Shown: in pieces, positions 36,229 through 44,629 of the stretch | Layout of the letters: every line of letters starts with the position of its first letter | Position numbering within the stretch: the first letter of the stretch is position 1 | Assembly (NCBI GenBank): GCA_964357605.1 | Contig: CAYHLX010000005.1 | Coordinates: 1-61,252 of the forward strand | Direction of reading: 5' to 3' | Length of the DNA stretch: 61,252 nucleotides | Origin: an uncultured Candidatus Saccharibacteria bacterium | GTDB lineage: Bacteria > Patescibacteriota > Minisyncoccia > Phycocordibacterales > PALSA-1337 | Notes under the pieces: generated by a model | Databases searched by the model: none | The model's input: only the letters and a program-made list of their open reading frames with translations | Told to the model about the DNA's origin: nothing | Made by a program: the position numbers and the translations under genes

Positions 36229-36678
36229 TCACACCCGTTGCCAGATGGGTAGCTTCTTCCCTCGATTACGCCCGCCCACCGCAAGCGCCAGTGTTTCCCA
36301 TTCATCCATCTCTGGGAGAGGAATCTCAAGTGCCGGTTCCTTGGGTTTGAGAGGTTTTGGACTGATCACCACTTGCCGCGACCGAATGACGTCCAATGCT
36401 CGATCCCAAAATCTCCTATACCCCCAAATTGCCGCTGGAGGATATAGCCCTCGCTCATGATTCCCCATCGTGAGCACAATCTCAGTATTCACATAAGGGT
36501 ATTCGCCATTCGGCACCCCCGTGAATTCTGGGAAGTTTTGACCAGGCTCAATCCGTCGACATCGCGCCATGGAAAAGTACACTTCTCCAATACCCTCCAC
36601 CATGGCAATGCCAGATTGTTTGACCCGATGAAAAGAGACCAACACTCCAAACTCCACCGTATTGTTTTCCGTTTTCAC
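36229..36678 (-). CDS. hypothetical protein (GC-rich islet)
   Basis: 149-aa ORF; no recognised domain. Confidence 0.45.
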   Translation of the reverse strand: MKTENNTVEFGVLVSFHRVKQSGIAMVEGIGEVYFSMARCRRIEPGQNFPEFTGVPNGEYPYVNTEIVLTMGNHERGLYPPAAIWGYRRFWDRALDVIRSRQVVISPKPLKPKEPALEIPLPEMDEWETLALAVGGRNRGKKLPIWQRV

Positions 36679-36870
36679 TCTTTGTTTTCTCCTGTTTTTT
36701 CGATGTTCAACTTATTATGAGCATTCTGTGATCCTTTCTAGGGATCATGCTCGCGTAATATCATAGCATGTTTATATACTTGTGTCAATAGATAAAATAC
36801 GGATAAAATCTTTATTTCGCCTTTATTTTTTCTTTATAAGAATTTCATTTCAATTTGCTAGGATAGATGG

Positions 36871-37296
36871 ATGGATGAAGGAAATGAAAAAATATATAAA
36901 GATATAGGAAAAGTATATTGTCCTTATTTTAAAGATTATATTAACTTTACACGAGTTGGTTTTGAACATCTTAATTTTAAAAATAAATATAGAGCGCGAC
37001 CAGCGAAAGATCGAAATATGAGATTTAAACTTTTACCTCTAGCAGTACAGATACTTAGTTTGTCCCATACGCTACAAAATATATCTAGTAGAAATAGATT
37101 TGAAGAAAGAACTGTAAACAATCGCCGGGAAACGGCATTGATGTTGGTTATCTATTATGAATTCATAGCAATAATCTCACAGAAAAGAATGAAAATAATT
37201 ATTAAACAAATAGAAAGTAGGGATAAAATTTTTCTTAGTGTCATTCCCTTTTTTAAACAAAAAACACCACCAGAAGAAGGTGATGGTTTTAGTTAG
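36871..37296 (+). CDS. hypothetical protein
   Basis: 141-aa AT-rich ORF; no recognised domain. Confidence 0.4.
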   Translation: MDEGNEKIYKDIGKVYCPYFKDYINFTRVGFEHLNFKNKYRARPAKDRNMRFKLLPLAVQILSLSHTLQNISSRNRFEERTVNNRRETALMLVIYYEFIAIISQKRMKIIIKQIESRDKIFLSVIPFFKQKTPPEEGDGFS

Positions 37297-37380
37297 CATC
37301 TGGCTACAGCTTAATGCCGTGATGGGCAACCCCTCCAGACGCCTAGATAAACATTATCAAAATAAAGAATAAAAGTAAAT

Positions 37381-38250
37381 ATGGAAATAAAAACAATCTA
37401 CAAACCAGAGTTCCCCTACTTGCTCCAAGAAATCAACGACCCACCAGAGAAACTTTATCTCAAAGGCACTCTACCTCTACCAAATACTAAATGTCTATGT
37501 GTTGTCGGTGCCCGCAAATATTCCAGTTATGGTAAAGAAGTTACCGAGAAACTCATTTCTGGTCTGCGAGGATACAATATATGTATTGTCTCCGGTTTAG
37601 CTCTAGGTATAGACAGTATCGCACACCGAGCGGCTCTAGAAGCTGATTTACCAACTATTGCCTTCCCCGGGTCTGGTCTCCACCCAAGCGTCATTTATCC
37701 AGCCACTCACGCTAGGCTTTCGGAAGAGATTGTAGAAGCTGGCGGAGCGCTCATTTCTGAATGCGAACTAATGCAAGAAAGTGCCCCTTGGACCTTTCCA
37801 AAAAGGAATCGTCTGCTCGCTGGCATCTCTCACGCCACTCTAGTCATAGAAGCAGAGCTTCAATCTGGTACGCTTATCACTTCAAAATATGCGACGGAAT
37901 ATAATAGAGATGTTGGAACTGTTCCCGGTAACATCTTTTCTCCTTTATCAAAGGGTCCGCATATGCTCTTGGGTCTAGGGGCGAAAGTGATTGCTTCTTC
38001 AGATGATCTCTTGGCTTTACTTGATTTGAAAAAGAAAGGAGATAATGATCAATCAATCCAGAGAAGTCTACTTTTAAATCTAAATGAAAATGAAAGAAGA
38101 ATTGTGGAGTTACTTTCTATTGAGCCTCACACCACCGAGCAGTTGATATTAAAAAGCGGCCTTTCGGCCAGAGAAATAAATCTAGTCATTTCTTCTTTGG
38201 AAATAGAAGGAGTGGTTACAGCGGTTGGTGGAGAGATCAAGTTAATCTAA
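37381..38250 (+). CDS. dprA: DNA-processing protein DprA
   Basis: 289 aa; VSGLALGIDSIAHRAAL and GTLITSKYATEYNRDV motifs. Confidence 0.9.
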   Translation: MEIKTIYKPEFPYLLQEINDPPEKLYLKGTLPLPNTKCLCVVGARKYSSYGKEVTEKLISGLRGYNICIVSGLALGIDSIAHRAALEADLPTIAFPGSGLHPSVIYPATHARLSEEIVEAGGALISECELMQESAPWTFPKRNRLLAGISHATLVIEAELQSGTLITSKYATEYNRDVGTVPGNIFSPLSKGPHMLLGLGAKVIASSDDLLALLDLKKKGDNDQSIQRSLLLNLNENERRIVELLSIEPHTTEQLILKSGLSAREINLVISSLEIEGVVTAVGGEIKLI

Positions 38251-38813
38251 TATTTTCTCAAAACTCCTTTGACCACGGCCGCGACATTGAATTCATATTC
38301 TGGATAGATGGGTTTGTAGTCTTTGTTGGCTGGTTCTAAGTGAGAAGGCTTGCCATTTTTCATTTTTAAAAATTTCAAAGTCCAACCACCGTCAACTTGA
38401 GCAATGACAATATCTCCATCCTTAGGATTGTTTGTTCTTTCTGCGACGACTAAGTCTCCTTCCTTAATTCCCTCTTCTATCATTGAATCTCCTTTTACTT
38501 TTAAAATAAAAGTCTTGCCTGAATCACGTATAAAATATTCGTCTAGATTGATAGTATCTAGGACCTCTTCTTCGGCCATAGTTGGAATTCCGGCTTCTAC
38601 CAAACCTAACATAGGAGTTTCTCCCACTAGTCTTTCGGGAATTATTCTTCCCTGTGAATCTTTTGATACCACTCCCTCCGCAACCAGCTTGTTGACTAAC
38701 TTATACACTGCATTTTTTGATTTGAACCCAAGCAAGTCCATAATCTCCGCATAGCTCGGCATGCGTTTGTTGTTTTTATAGAAAGAAATAATTTTATTCT
38801 TGTAATCTGTCAT
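38247..38813 (-). CDS. lexA: LexA repressor
   Basis: 188 aa; N-terminal wHTH; S24 peptidase motif VKGDSM plus the downstream Lys. Confidence 0.9.
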   Translation of the reverse strand: MTDYKNKIISFYKNNKRMPSYAEIMDLLGFKSKNAVYKLVNKLVAEGVVSKDSQGRIIPERLVGETPMLGLVEAGIPTMAEEEVLDTINLDEYFIRDSGKTFILKVKGDSMIEEGIKEGDLVVAERTNNPKDGDIVIAQVDGGWTLKFLKMKNGKPSHLEPANKDYKPIYPEYEFNVAAVVKGVLRKY

Positions 38814-38828
38814 GTCTCTAATTGTAAC

Positions 38829-39044
38829 CTAGAACATAAAAGCTGACACGAAGCTCCCTAACCTTCTCACAAATCCTGGTATAACGATGGATCGGTTATT
38901 CAACGCTCTTAGTTCGCTAGTGAGAAACTTGTGTCTCTTGGCGAGGTGTCTGTATGATCGACCTTTGATGATGAGCATGTCTATCTCCATATTTAGCTCT
39001 TTGATCTCCTTCTTTATTTCTCTCACGAATCTATATTTACTCAT
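38829..39044 (-). CDS. small protein with hydrophobic C-terminus, first gene of the lexA operon
   Basis: 71 aa; coiled N-terminal part; C-terminal VIPGFVRRLGSFVSAFMF; 15 nt upstream of lexA. Confidence 0.5.
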   Translation of the reverse strand: MSKYRFVREIKKEIKELNMEIDMLIIKGRSYRHLAKRHKFLTSELRALNNRSIVIPGFVRRLGSFVSAFMF

Positions 39045-39103
39045 ATTATTTTTTGATTAGATTTTTTAATAATCCGGCCTCTTTTGTGATGTTTATAGTA
39101 TAG

Positions 39104-39119
39104 GTGAACGTTCGTTCAC
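39104..39119. promoter_or_regulatory. LexA (SOS) box, GAAC-N4-GTTC type
   Basis: GTGAACGTTCGTTCAC, a perfect 7+7 inverted repeat containing GAAC-GTTC-GTTC; 60 nt upstream of the operon ATG and abutting a TATACT -10-like hexamer. Confidence 0.65.
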
Positions 39120-39151
39120 TGTCAAAGAAAAGGTGGGGATAACTTTTGAGA

Positions 39152-39164
39152 TCACAATTTGTGA
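39152..39164. repeat. palindrome a (TCACAA-T-TTGTGA)
   Basis: Core identical to the intragenic 27-bp palindrome. Confidence 0.8.
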
Positions 39165-39183
39165 CCTCAAATTTTTAGTAACT

Positions 39184-39200
39184 GGTCGCAAATTGCGACC
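39184..39200. repeat. palindrome b (GGTCGCAA-A-TTGCGACC)
   Basis: Perfect 8+1+8 palindrome, a variant of the same core, 3 nt after the ORF6N stop. Confidence 0.8.
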
Positions 39201-39202
39201 AC

Positions 39203-39745
39203 CTATGTTTTATCTGCAAATCCTATTTTCCCTTTTGGCCTGACTGGTTTTTCAATCAAATGTTTAACCACTGAATGAACTGTGGCCAATAGATTACCTT
39301 GCTCTTTTTGTTTTGATTCTATTTTATTTATTTTAATTGATAGATCTTTATATTGATCTAGAGACTCTCTCATTTTTATAAAGGCACGAACGATAAAAAT
39401 ACTCATTTGAATAGCTAATTCGCTCTTTAGAACAGCGGATAACATCGCAACACCATGTTCAGTGAAAGCATAGGGTAAAAAACGTGGATCACGATGTTTC
39501 TGGGAACCGGTCACAATTTGTGACCGGTTCAGTTCCTTAAATTCTTCTTCGTTTATTTTAAACCTGAAATCTTCTGGAAAACGCACTGAGTTACGCTTAA
39601 CGGCTTGATTAAAAACCTTGGTTTCAACTCCATATAACTCTGCCAAATGAACATCAATCATGACTTTATGTCCACGAATAATAAATATTCTCTGCTTGAT
39701 AATATTTTCAATATTATTTAATTGTAATTGTTCATCTTCTACCAT
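39203..39745 (-). CDS. ORF6N (KilA-N-related) domain protein
   Basis: 180 aa; IRGHKVMIDVHLAELYGVETKVFNQAVKRN...RFPEDFRF and LPYAFTEHGVAMLS motifs. Confidence 0.8.
   Translation of the reverse strand: MVEDEQLQLNNIENIIKQRIFIIRGHKVMIDVHLAELYGVETKVFNQAVKRNSVRFPEDFRFKINEEEFKELNRSQIVTGSQKHRDPRFLPYAFTEHGVAMLSAVLKSELAIQMSIFIVRAFIKMRESLDQYKDLSIKINKIESKQKEQGNLLATVHSVVKHLIEKPVRPKGKIGFADKT
39504..39530. repeat. palindrome c, perfect 27 bp, inside the ORF6N coding sequence
   Basis: GAACCGGTCACAA-T-TTGTGACCGGTTC; encodes NRSQIVTGS. Confidence 0.85.
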
Positions 39746-39765
39746 TATGCTTTTTACTCACAAAC

Positions 39766-39853
39766 TTATGCAGGAAAACGAGATACTGGTGTACTCACGA
39801 TTTATTCCATAAGAAAGAACTTAGGGGAAGTTATTCTGCCACTTCCTGCATAA
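39766..39853. ncRNA. candidate structured leader with mutually exclusive pairings upstream of ORF6N
   Basis: 11-bp outer stem TTATGCAGGAA/TTCCTGCATAA competes for TTCC with the local hairpin GGAAGT/ACTTCC (39826-39846). Confidence 0.2.
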
Positions 39854-39974
39854 ATTGATGAATAGGATACAAAGTGAGCCTTCTTAAATAAAACACTTTG
39901 TAAATAATAGACAAATTATATGCAAAAGAAAAAATAAAAACAAGTAGACAAAAATAGTTTAATATTCTCCCATT

Positions 39975-40007
39975 ACAAAAACTCGCGCCCTACCTTTCGG
40001 CGGGCGC
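39975..40007 (-). terminator. intrinsic terminator after the GC-rich 111-aa gene
   Basis: GCGCCC/GGGCGC stem followed by UUUUU in minus sense. Confidence 0.6.
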
Positions 40008-40032
40008 TTAGTGATTGTGGTTATTGAATGTT

Positions 40033-40368
40033 TTAAGCGTAGATTTCTTCAGCCTCCCTTTCAAGGAGAGCCGTGCGCTGAGTCACAGACTGACGACGCG
40101 CAAAAGAGTTCTCGAAGTTGCCATGCGACCAGTGTTCGATTTGTCCATGCTTTCCCTTTTGTCGGTAAATACGGAACTGGAGTTGCAACTCCTCTTTCTT
40201 CTCCATCAAAACACGGATCGTGTCTTGATCGCACGGCCACAAATCACGTTTCTTGTCGTCAGAACAGAGCTGGCCCTTGCAAACGTTTCCCAGCGCTACC
40301 CTTGCCATAACACTGTCAGTATGAAGGTGTCGTAAGGTGTAAATATACCACGCCACATATTCCGCCAT
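40033..40368 (-). CDS. hypothetical protein (GC-rich islet)
   Basis: 111-aa ORF; the best of several overlapping frames because of the start context and the downstream terminator. Confidence 0.4.
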   Translation of the reverse strand: MAEYVAWYIYTLRHLHTDSVMARVALGNVCKGQLCSDDKKRDLWPCDQDTIRVLMEKKEELQLQFRIYRQKGKHGQIEHWSHGNFENSFARRQSVTQRTALLEREAEEIYA

Positions 40369-40471
40369 GGGTTTGCCTTTCGTTGACCGAGTTTACTACA
40401 GAAATCAAAACCAAAATGAGCTGATTAGTATAAAAATAGCATATTGGGGGAGAGGCGCAAGGGGGAATAAA

Positions 40472-41311
40472 TTATTCCCTCACCCTCTTACTCCACTCCG
40501 GATCTTCTGCATATTTTTCTGCCTTTTCATTTATCTTGTACTTAGCTCGTAATTCTTCTAAGGTCATGGTCTTTCCATCTGGAGTCTTGGTCTCAAAGAG
40601 TCCGATCTTGTAAGCTAACTCATCTGAGTAAGCCGGCATGAGGACTTTGAAACTGAATGGTACTCGATCAGGTACAATGTCATTGACATGAGAAACAATG
40701 TTGGTAGTACAAGTGCTCGTGAGAGTGTTATAGAACTCGGGTTTCGTCGCGAGCTCATTGGCCCGCTCTAACATGGAGAGAAAAAGTTTTCTCATATTTT
40801 CCTTAGTCGTTTTTATTGGATAAAGAAAAACCTGATCCTTGCGATAGTTAGAACGCAGTTTGATCACATCCCTTTCATCAGCAATCACGTAGACCAGCTC
40901 GTACTGACGCAAGAGACCTTTGACCGCACCAAACGATTCCCCCATCTCTTTACGAATCTCCACCGAGATCGCCACATACGAACCATCTTCAAAACCAAAA
41001 GAAACTAGGGTGTGTGCCGCTCCCGCTCCGTGACCAGTAAAAGGTTCCACCATGTACCAGACAGAGTTAAGTTTATTCAGATCAAAAGTCTGATCATAAT
41101 AATGAACATCATAATCAGTCGTACTACGATAATTGATATTTCTAATATTAGTAATCTTGGCCAGATCACCATCAATCGTCGCTCGAGCTAAGATTTTTTG
41201 ATCCTTGGTCCAATCACGATCGAGAGAGGGGCGGACGATGAGAGAGAAAAGACCGTAGGCAATAACAATAAAAAGGATAAGGCAGAGAAACCTAACAAAA
41301 AACTTTTTCAT
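40472..41311 (-). CDS. DUF4105 (Lnb N-terminal) domain protein
   Basis: 279 aa; N-terminal TM; RDWTKDQ...ITNIRN..Y pattern. Confidence 0.65.
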   Translation of the reverse strand: MKKFFVRFLCLILFIVIAYGLFSLIVRPSLDRDWTKDQKILARATIDGDLAKITNIRNINYRSTTDYDVHYYDQTFDLNKLNSVWYMVEPFTGHGAGAAHTLVSFGFEDGSYVAISVEIRKEMGESFGAVKGLLRQYELVYVIADERDVIKLRSNYRKDQVFLYPIKTTKENMRKLFLSMLERANELATKPEFYNTLTSTCTTNIVSHVNDIVPDRVPFSFKVLMPAYSDELAYKIGLFETKTPDGKTMTLEELRAKYKINEKAEKYAEDPEWSKRVRE

Positions 41312-41428
41312 CTCACCATCCTAACATTTTTTACTCGTTTCTTGAACCTTATTGACTATCCCCTCCTTAGTGATAATGTATCACCAGAAAAGGTCGCATG
41401 TTGTGACCTTGGATAACCCCTAAGTGAC

Positions 41429-41923
41429 ATGAAAAAAAGAGCTCTTCTATCGGTAAGCGACAAGACTGACGTTGTCAGTTTTGCTCGCCAACTAGTCGCC
41501 CTTGGATTTGAGATTGTCTCCACTGGCGGCACTGGCAAAGAAATCAGTAAGGTAGGTTTGCCCTACACCTTGGTTGAATTGAATAAAATCGCTGAAGACT
41601 CCATCAAGACCTTCGGTCTCGTGGTGGTGAACCTTTACCCGTTTGCCAAGGATCAGTCTATCGCGAACATTGACGTCGGCGGACCCTCCATGATCCGTGC
41701 CGCCGCCAAGAACTACAATTCCGTCGGCGTCGTCGTTTATCCGGCTGACTATGAAGACGTTTTGGACGAGATTAAAGGCCTCGGAGATTTGTGTGAAATG
41801 ACCCGCTTCAAGCTGGCCACCAAAGCTTTCCAGGTCACGGCGATTTACGACACCATGATCGCCAGGGAGTTTGATAACCACCTGCGACAAGGTTCTCGTC
41901 CCAAGTCGGGAAACAAACACTGA
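41429..41923 (+). pseudogene. truncated, internally deleted PurH IMP-cyclohydrolase (MGS-like) domain
   Basis: 164 aa; RALLSVSDK...STGGT and VVVNLYPF, DVGGPSMIRAAAKN match the PurH N-domain; the GRVKTLHP segment and the whole AICARFT domain are absent. Confidence 0.55.
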
Positions 41924-41947
41924 GCCTCTCTGCCTCCCCTCCACACC

Positions 41948-41984
41948 CCCGTGGCGCCAATCGCGTCACGGGTGGAATTTTTTA
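41948..41984 (+). terminator. intrinsic terminator
   Basis: CCCGTG/CACGGG stem followed by a TTTTTT run. Confidence 0.6.
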
Positions 41985-42059
41985 TAAACTCTTTTCTTCT
42001 TTCTCTTACCTATAAATTTGCCTAAACTTTCATTATCATGTAATACTTACGAGCATACT

Positions 42060-44273
42060 ATGAAATTACTCATCGTCGAGTCACCCGCCAAAGCTAAAAC
42101 AATTTCAAAATATTTGGATGGAAAATATACCGTCAAAGCTTCCGTCGGTCACATCAGAGACCTCCCAAAAAGTAACAAAAAAGCCATCGATATAGAAGGT
42201 GGCTTCATTCCTCATTACGAAATCTCTCCTGGCAAAGAAAAAGTTGTAGAAGAAATCCAAGCTCTCGCCAAAAAAGCCACCGAAGTTATCCTCGCCACTG
42301 ACCCCGACCGCGAAGGAGAGGCGTTTGCTTGGCATATCGCCGAGGCCACCAAACTCAAGAATCCCCAAAGAGTTGTTTTTCACGAAATCACCAAAGATGC
42401 TATTTTAGAAGCGATGGAACATCCTCGAAAGATTGATGAGAATCTCCGTCTCGCTCAAGAAGCCCGCCGAGTTTTAGACAGATTAGTCGGTTATGATCTT
42501 TCAGGGCTCATTTGGAAAAAAGTGCGTTATGGACTCTCTGCTGGACGAGTCCAATCACCAGCTCTGCGAATTATCATGGAAAGGGAGAGAGAAATCCGCG
42601 CCTTTATTTCACACCCATTTTGGGTGATCACGGCTGACGTTAAAACCAAAGGAGGTATTCCTCTAACCCTCACCTGTTCAAAAGAGCCAACAGTCAAAAG
42701 TGAGGTAGACGAAATCTTAAAAAAAGCCAAGGAACATGATTGGGAGGTAACTGATGTAGAAGAAAGTACCGTAAAAAGATCACCCCGAGCTCCCTTTATC
42801 ACTTCCACTCTCCAGCAAGCGGCGAGTTCCAGACTTGGTTTTGCTCCATCCAGAACTATGATAATTGCGCAGAGACTCTACGAAGCGGGACACATCACCT
42901 ACATGCGTACCGACAGTACCAACTTGAGCAAGGTTGCTCTAGGACAAATAGCTGGGGTAATCGAAAAAAAATATGGCAAAAATTATTTACAATTCCGCAC
43001 TTATGCCAAAAAAAGTAAAAATGCTCAAGAAGCTCACGAAGCGATCCGCCCATCACATGTCGCGACTGAAGTTGCCGGTCTAAATGAAGAACAGAAAAAA
43101 CTTTACAAACTCATCTGGCAGAGAACTGTCGCTTCACAGATGTCTGACGCAGAACTGCTTAGGACAAAAATCACCGCTAACATTACGACGGACAAAATCC
43201 CAGAATTTCAAGCCAATGGTTCACGCGTCCTTTTCCCTGGATGGCTCACCGCTGATGCTGACGCCAGAGGTGAAGATGTAGAATTACCTAAAATTGGCAA
43301 GGGAGATGAACTAGATCTCAAAGAAATTAGGAGTGAAGAAAAAGCTACTCAACCACCACCAAGATATAGTGAAGCTGGCTTGGTGAAAGAATTAGAAAAA
43401 AGGGGTATTGGCCGTCCTTCTACTTATGCTTCTATTATTAGAACGATTGAAGACAGAGGTTACGTCGAAAAAGAAAATAAAGCTCTGAAACCCACCGATA
43501 CCGGAGATGTCGTCTCTTCTTTCTTGGAAGCCAATTTCATGAAGTACATCAATGACTCCTTCACTGCGGAAATGGAGGATTCTCTAGATGATATCGCCGA
43601 TGGGAAAAAAGAATACCTCGCTACTCTTAAAAAGTTCTATATCCCCTTTGCCAAAGAAATAAAAATTCTAGAAAAAGAAGCGAAGATCACCACTCTCGGA
43701 GAGGCTGATGCCAAATACAAATGTCCAAAGTGTGCTGGTGACATGATTATCAAACTCGGTAGAAATGGCAAGTTCCTCTCATGTGCCAAATACCCAGATT
43801 GCGATGGCGCTCTGATGATGGATGGCACCGAAATTAAAAAAGATGAACCAATTGGTATGGATCCAGCGACCGGCCTCCCTATTTTTGTGCTAGTTGGAAA
43901 ATATGGACCATATGTCCAACTCGGAGAACGCCCACCTAAAACCAAGGGTCGTCGCAAGAAAGGTGATCCTGTCCCAGTCAAACCACGCATGGCTTCTATT
44001 CCAAAAGGCAAAGATCTAGGTGCGGTGAGTATTGCTGATGCGACAAAATATCTGAGTCTTCCCCGAGTCCTCGGCGAACATCCTGACACCAAACAAAAAA
44101 TCACCGCCAATATTGGCCGGTTTGGTCCTTACGTTGTACATGAATCTGACTTTAGATCAATCAAAGAAAAAGATGGCGATAATCCCTACGAAATTACTTT
44201 AGAAAGAGCGCTGGACATCTTTAGTAAACCAAAAGCCGTGAGAAAAGGGAGATTTGCCAAAAAGAAAGAATAA
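42060..44273 (+). CDS. topA: DNA topoisomerase I
   Basis: Start chosen at MKLLIVESPAKAKTI (track starts at 42018); TOPRIM DPDREGE; catalytic Tyr region; C-terminal Cys4 zinc ribbon. Confidence 0.95.
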   Translation: MKLLIVESPAKAKTISKYLDGKYTVKASVGHIRDLPKSNKKAIDIEGGFIPHYEISPGKEKVVEEIQALAKKATEVILATDPDREGEAFAWHIAEATKLKNPQRVVFHEITKDAILEAMEHPRKIDENLRLAQEARRVLDRLVGYDLSGLIWKKVRYGLSAGRVQSPALRIIMEREREIRAFISHPFWVITADVKTKGGIPLTLTCSKEPTVKSEVDEILKKAKEHDWEVTDVEESTVKRSPRAPFITSTLQQAASSRLGFAPSRTMIIAQRLYEAGHITYMRTDSTNLSKVALGQIAGVIEKKYGKNYLQFRTYAKKSKNAQEAHEAIRPSHVATEVAGLNEEQKKLYKLIWQRTVASQMSDAELLRTKITANITTDKIPEFQANGSRVLFPGWLTADADARGEDVELPKIGKGDELDLKEIRSEEKATQPPPRYSEAGLVKELEKRGIGRPSTYASIIRTIEDRGYVEKENKALKPTDTGDVVSSFLEANFMKYINDSFTAEMEDSLDDIADGKKEYLATLKKFYIPFAKEIKILEKEAKITTLGEADAKYKCPKCAGDMIIKLGRNGKFLSCAKYPDCDGALMMDGTEIKKDEPIGMDPATGLPIFVLVGKYGPYVQLGERPPKTKGRRKKGDPVPVKPRMASIPKGKDLGAVSIADATKYLSLPRVLGEHPDTKQKITANIGRFGPYVVHESDFRSIKEKDGDNPYEITLERALDIFSKPKAVRKGRFAKKKE

Positions 44274-44280
44274 AAGACCA

Positions 44281-44312
44281 ACCCGTAGCGATACTCTGCT
44301 ACGGGTTTTGGT
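44281..44312 (+). terminator. intrinsic terminator after topA
   Basis: 9-bp stem ACCCGTAGC/GCTACGGGT followed by TTTGGTTT. Confidence 0.65.
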
Positions 44313-44338
44313 TTGGGTTGGAGAACTAGAAACTCTTG

Positions 44339-44569
44339 TTAGTCCAGAGCGCCGGCACCGAGTCTGGCTCTGACCGTCCTTCCATTGAGTTTGAGGAGTC
44401 TGACAAACTCCGCGTCCACTTGAACAGAAACGTACCCGGGAGGCAGTGAATCTCTACCTGGCCTGGTCACCAATCTGGCATTGAACTTGATACCACCTCG
44501 AGTGACTTTAAAGGCACGGGTTTTGTTCCATTTACGTTTCCGGTATTCCTCCGGTGTTATTTCAATCAT
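44339..44569 (-). CDS. hypothetical basic protein (GC-rich islet)
   Basis: 76-aa ORF; no recognised domain. Confidence 0.4.
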   Translation of the reverse strand: MIEITPEEYRKRKWNKTRAFKVTRGGIKFNARLVTRPGRDSLPPGYVSVQVDAEFVRLLKLNGRTVRARLGAGALD

Positions 44570-44629
44570 AGTTTTGTCTTTCTGCTAGGAGTTCCCGATA
44601 TTTATACCTCTTTTCTGTAATTTAGACAA

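Noticed and set aside
40011-40335. Two plus-strand ORFs (99 and 106 aa) overlapping the 111-aa minus ORF
   Set aside because: Only the minus-strand frame is followed by a matching intrinsic terminator. Confidence in any coding call here is still low.
41492-41944. 150-aa minus-strand ORF
   Set aside because: It is antisense to the PurH-like ORF, whose frame carries recognisable PurH motifs. It is a GC-rich shadow frame.
42018-42059. N-terminal extensions of track ORFs (topA 42018, miaA 49656, aminotransferase 53825, secreted protein 49432, serS 36135, desulfurase 57789)
   Set aside because: The extensions lack homology-like sequence, run into a tRNA or an upstream gene, or precede an obvious canonical N-terminus (P-loop, signal peptide). 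Internal ATGs were chosen instead.
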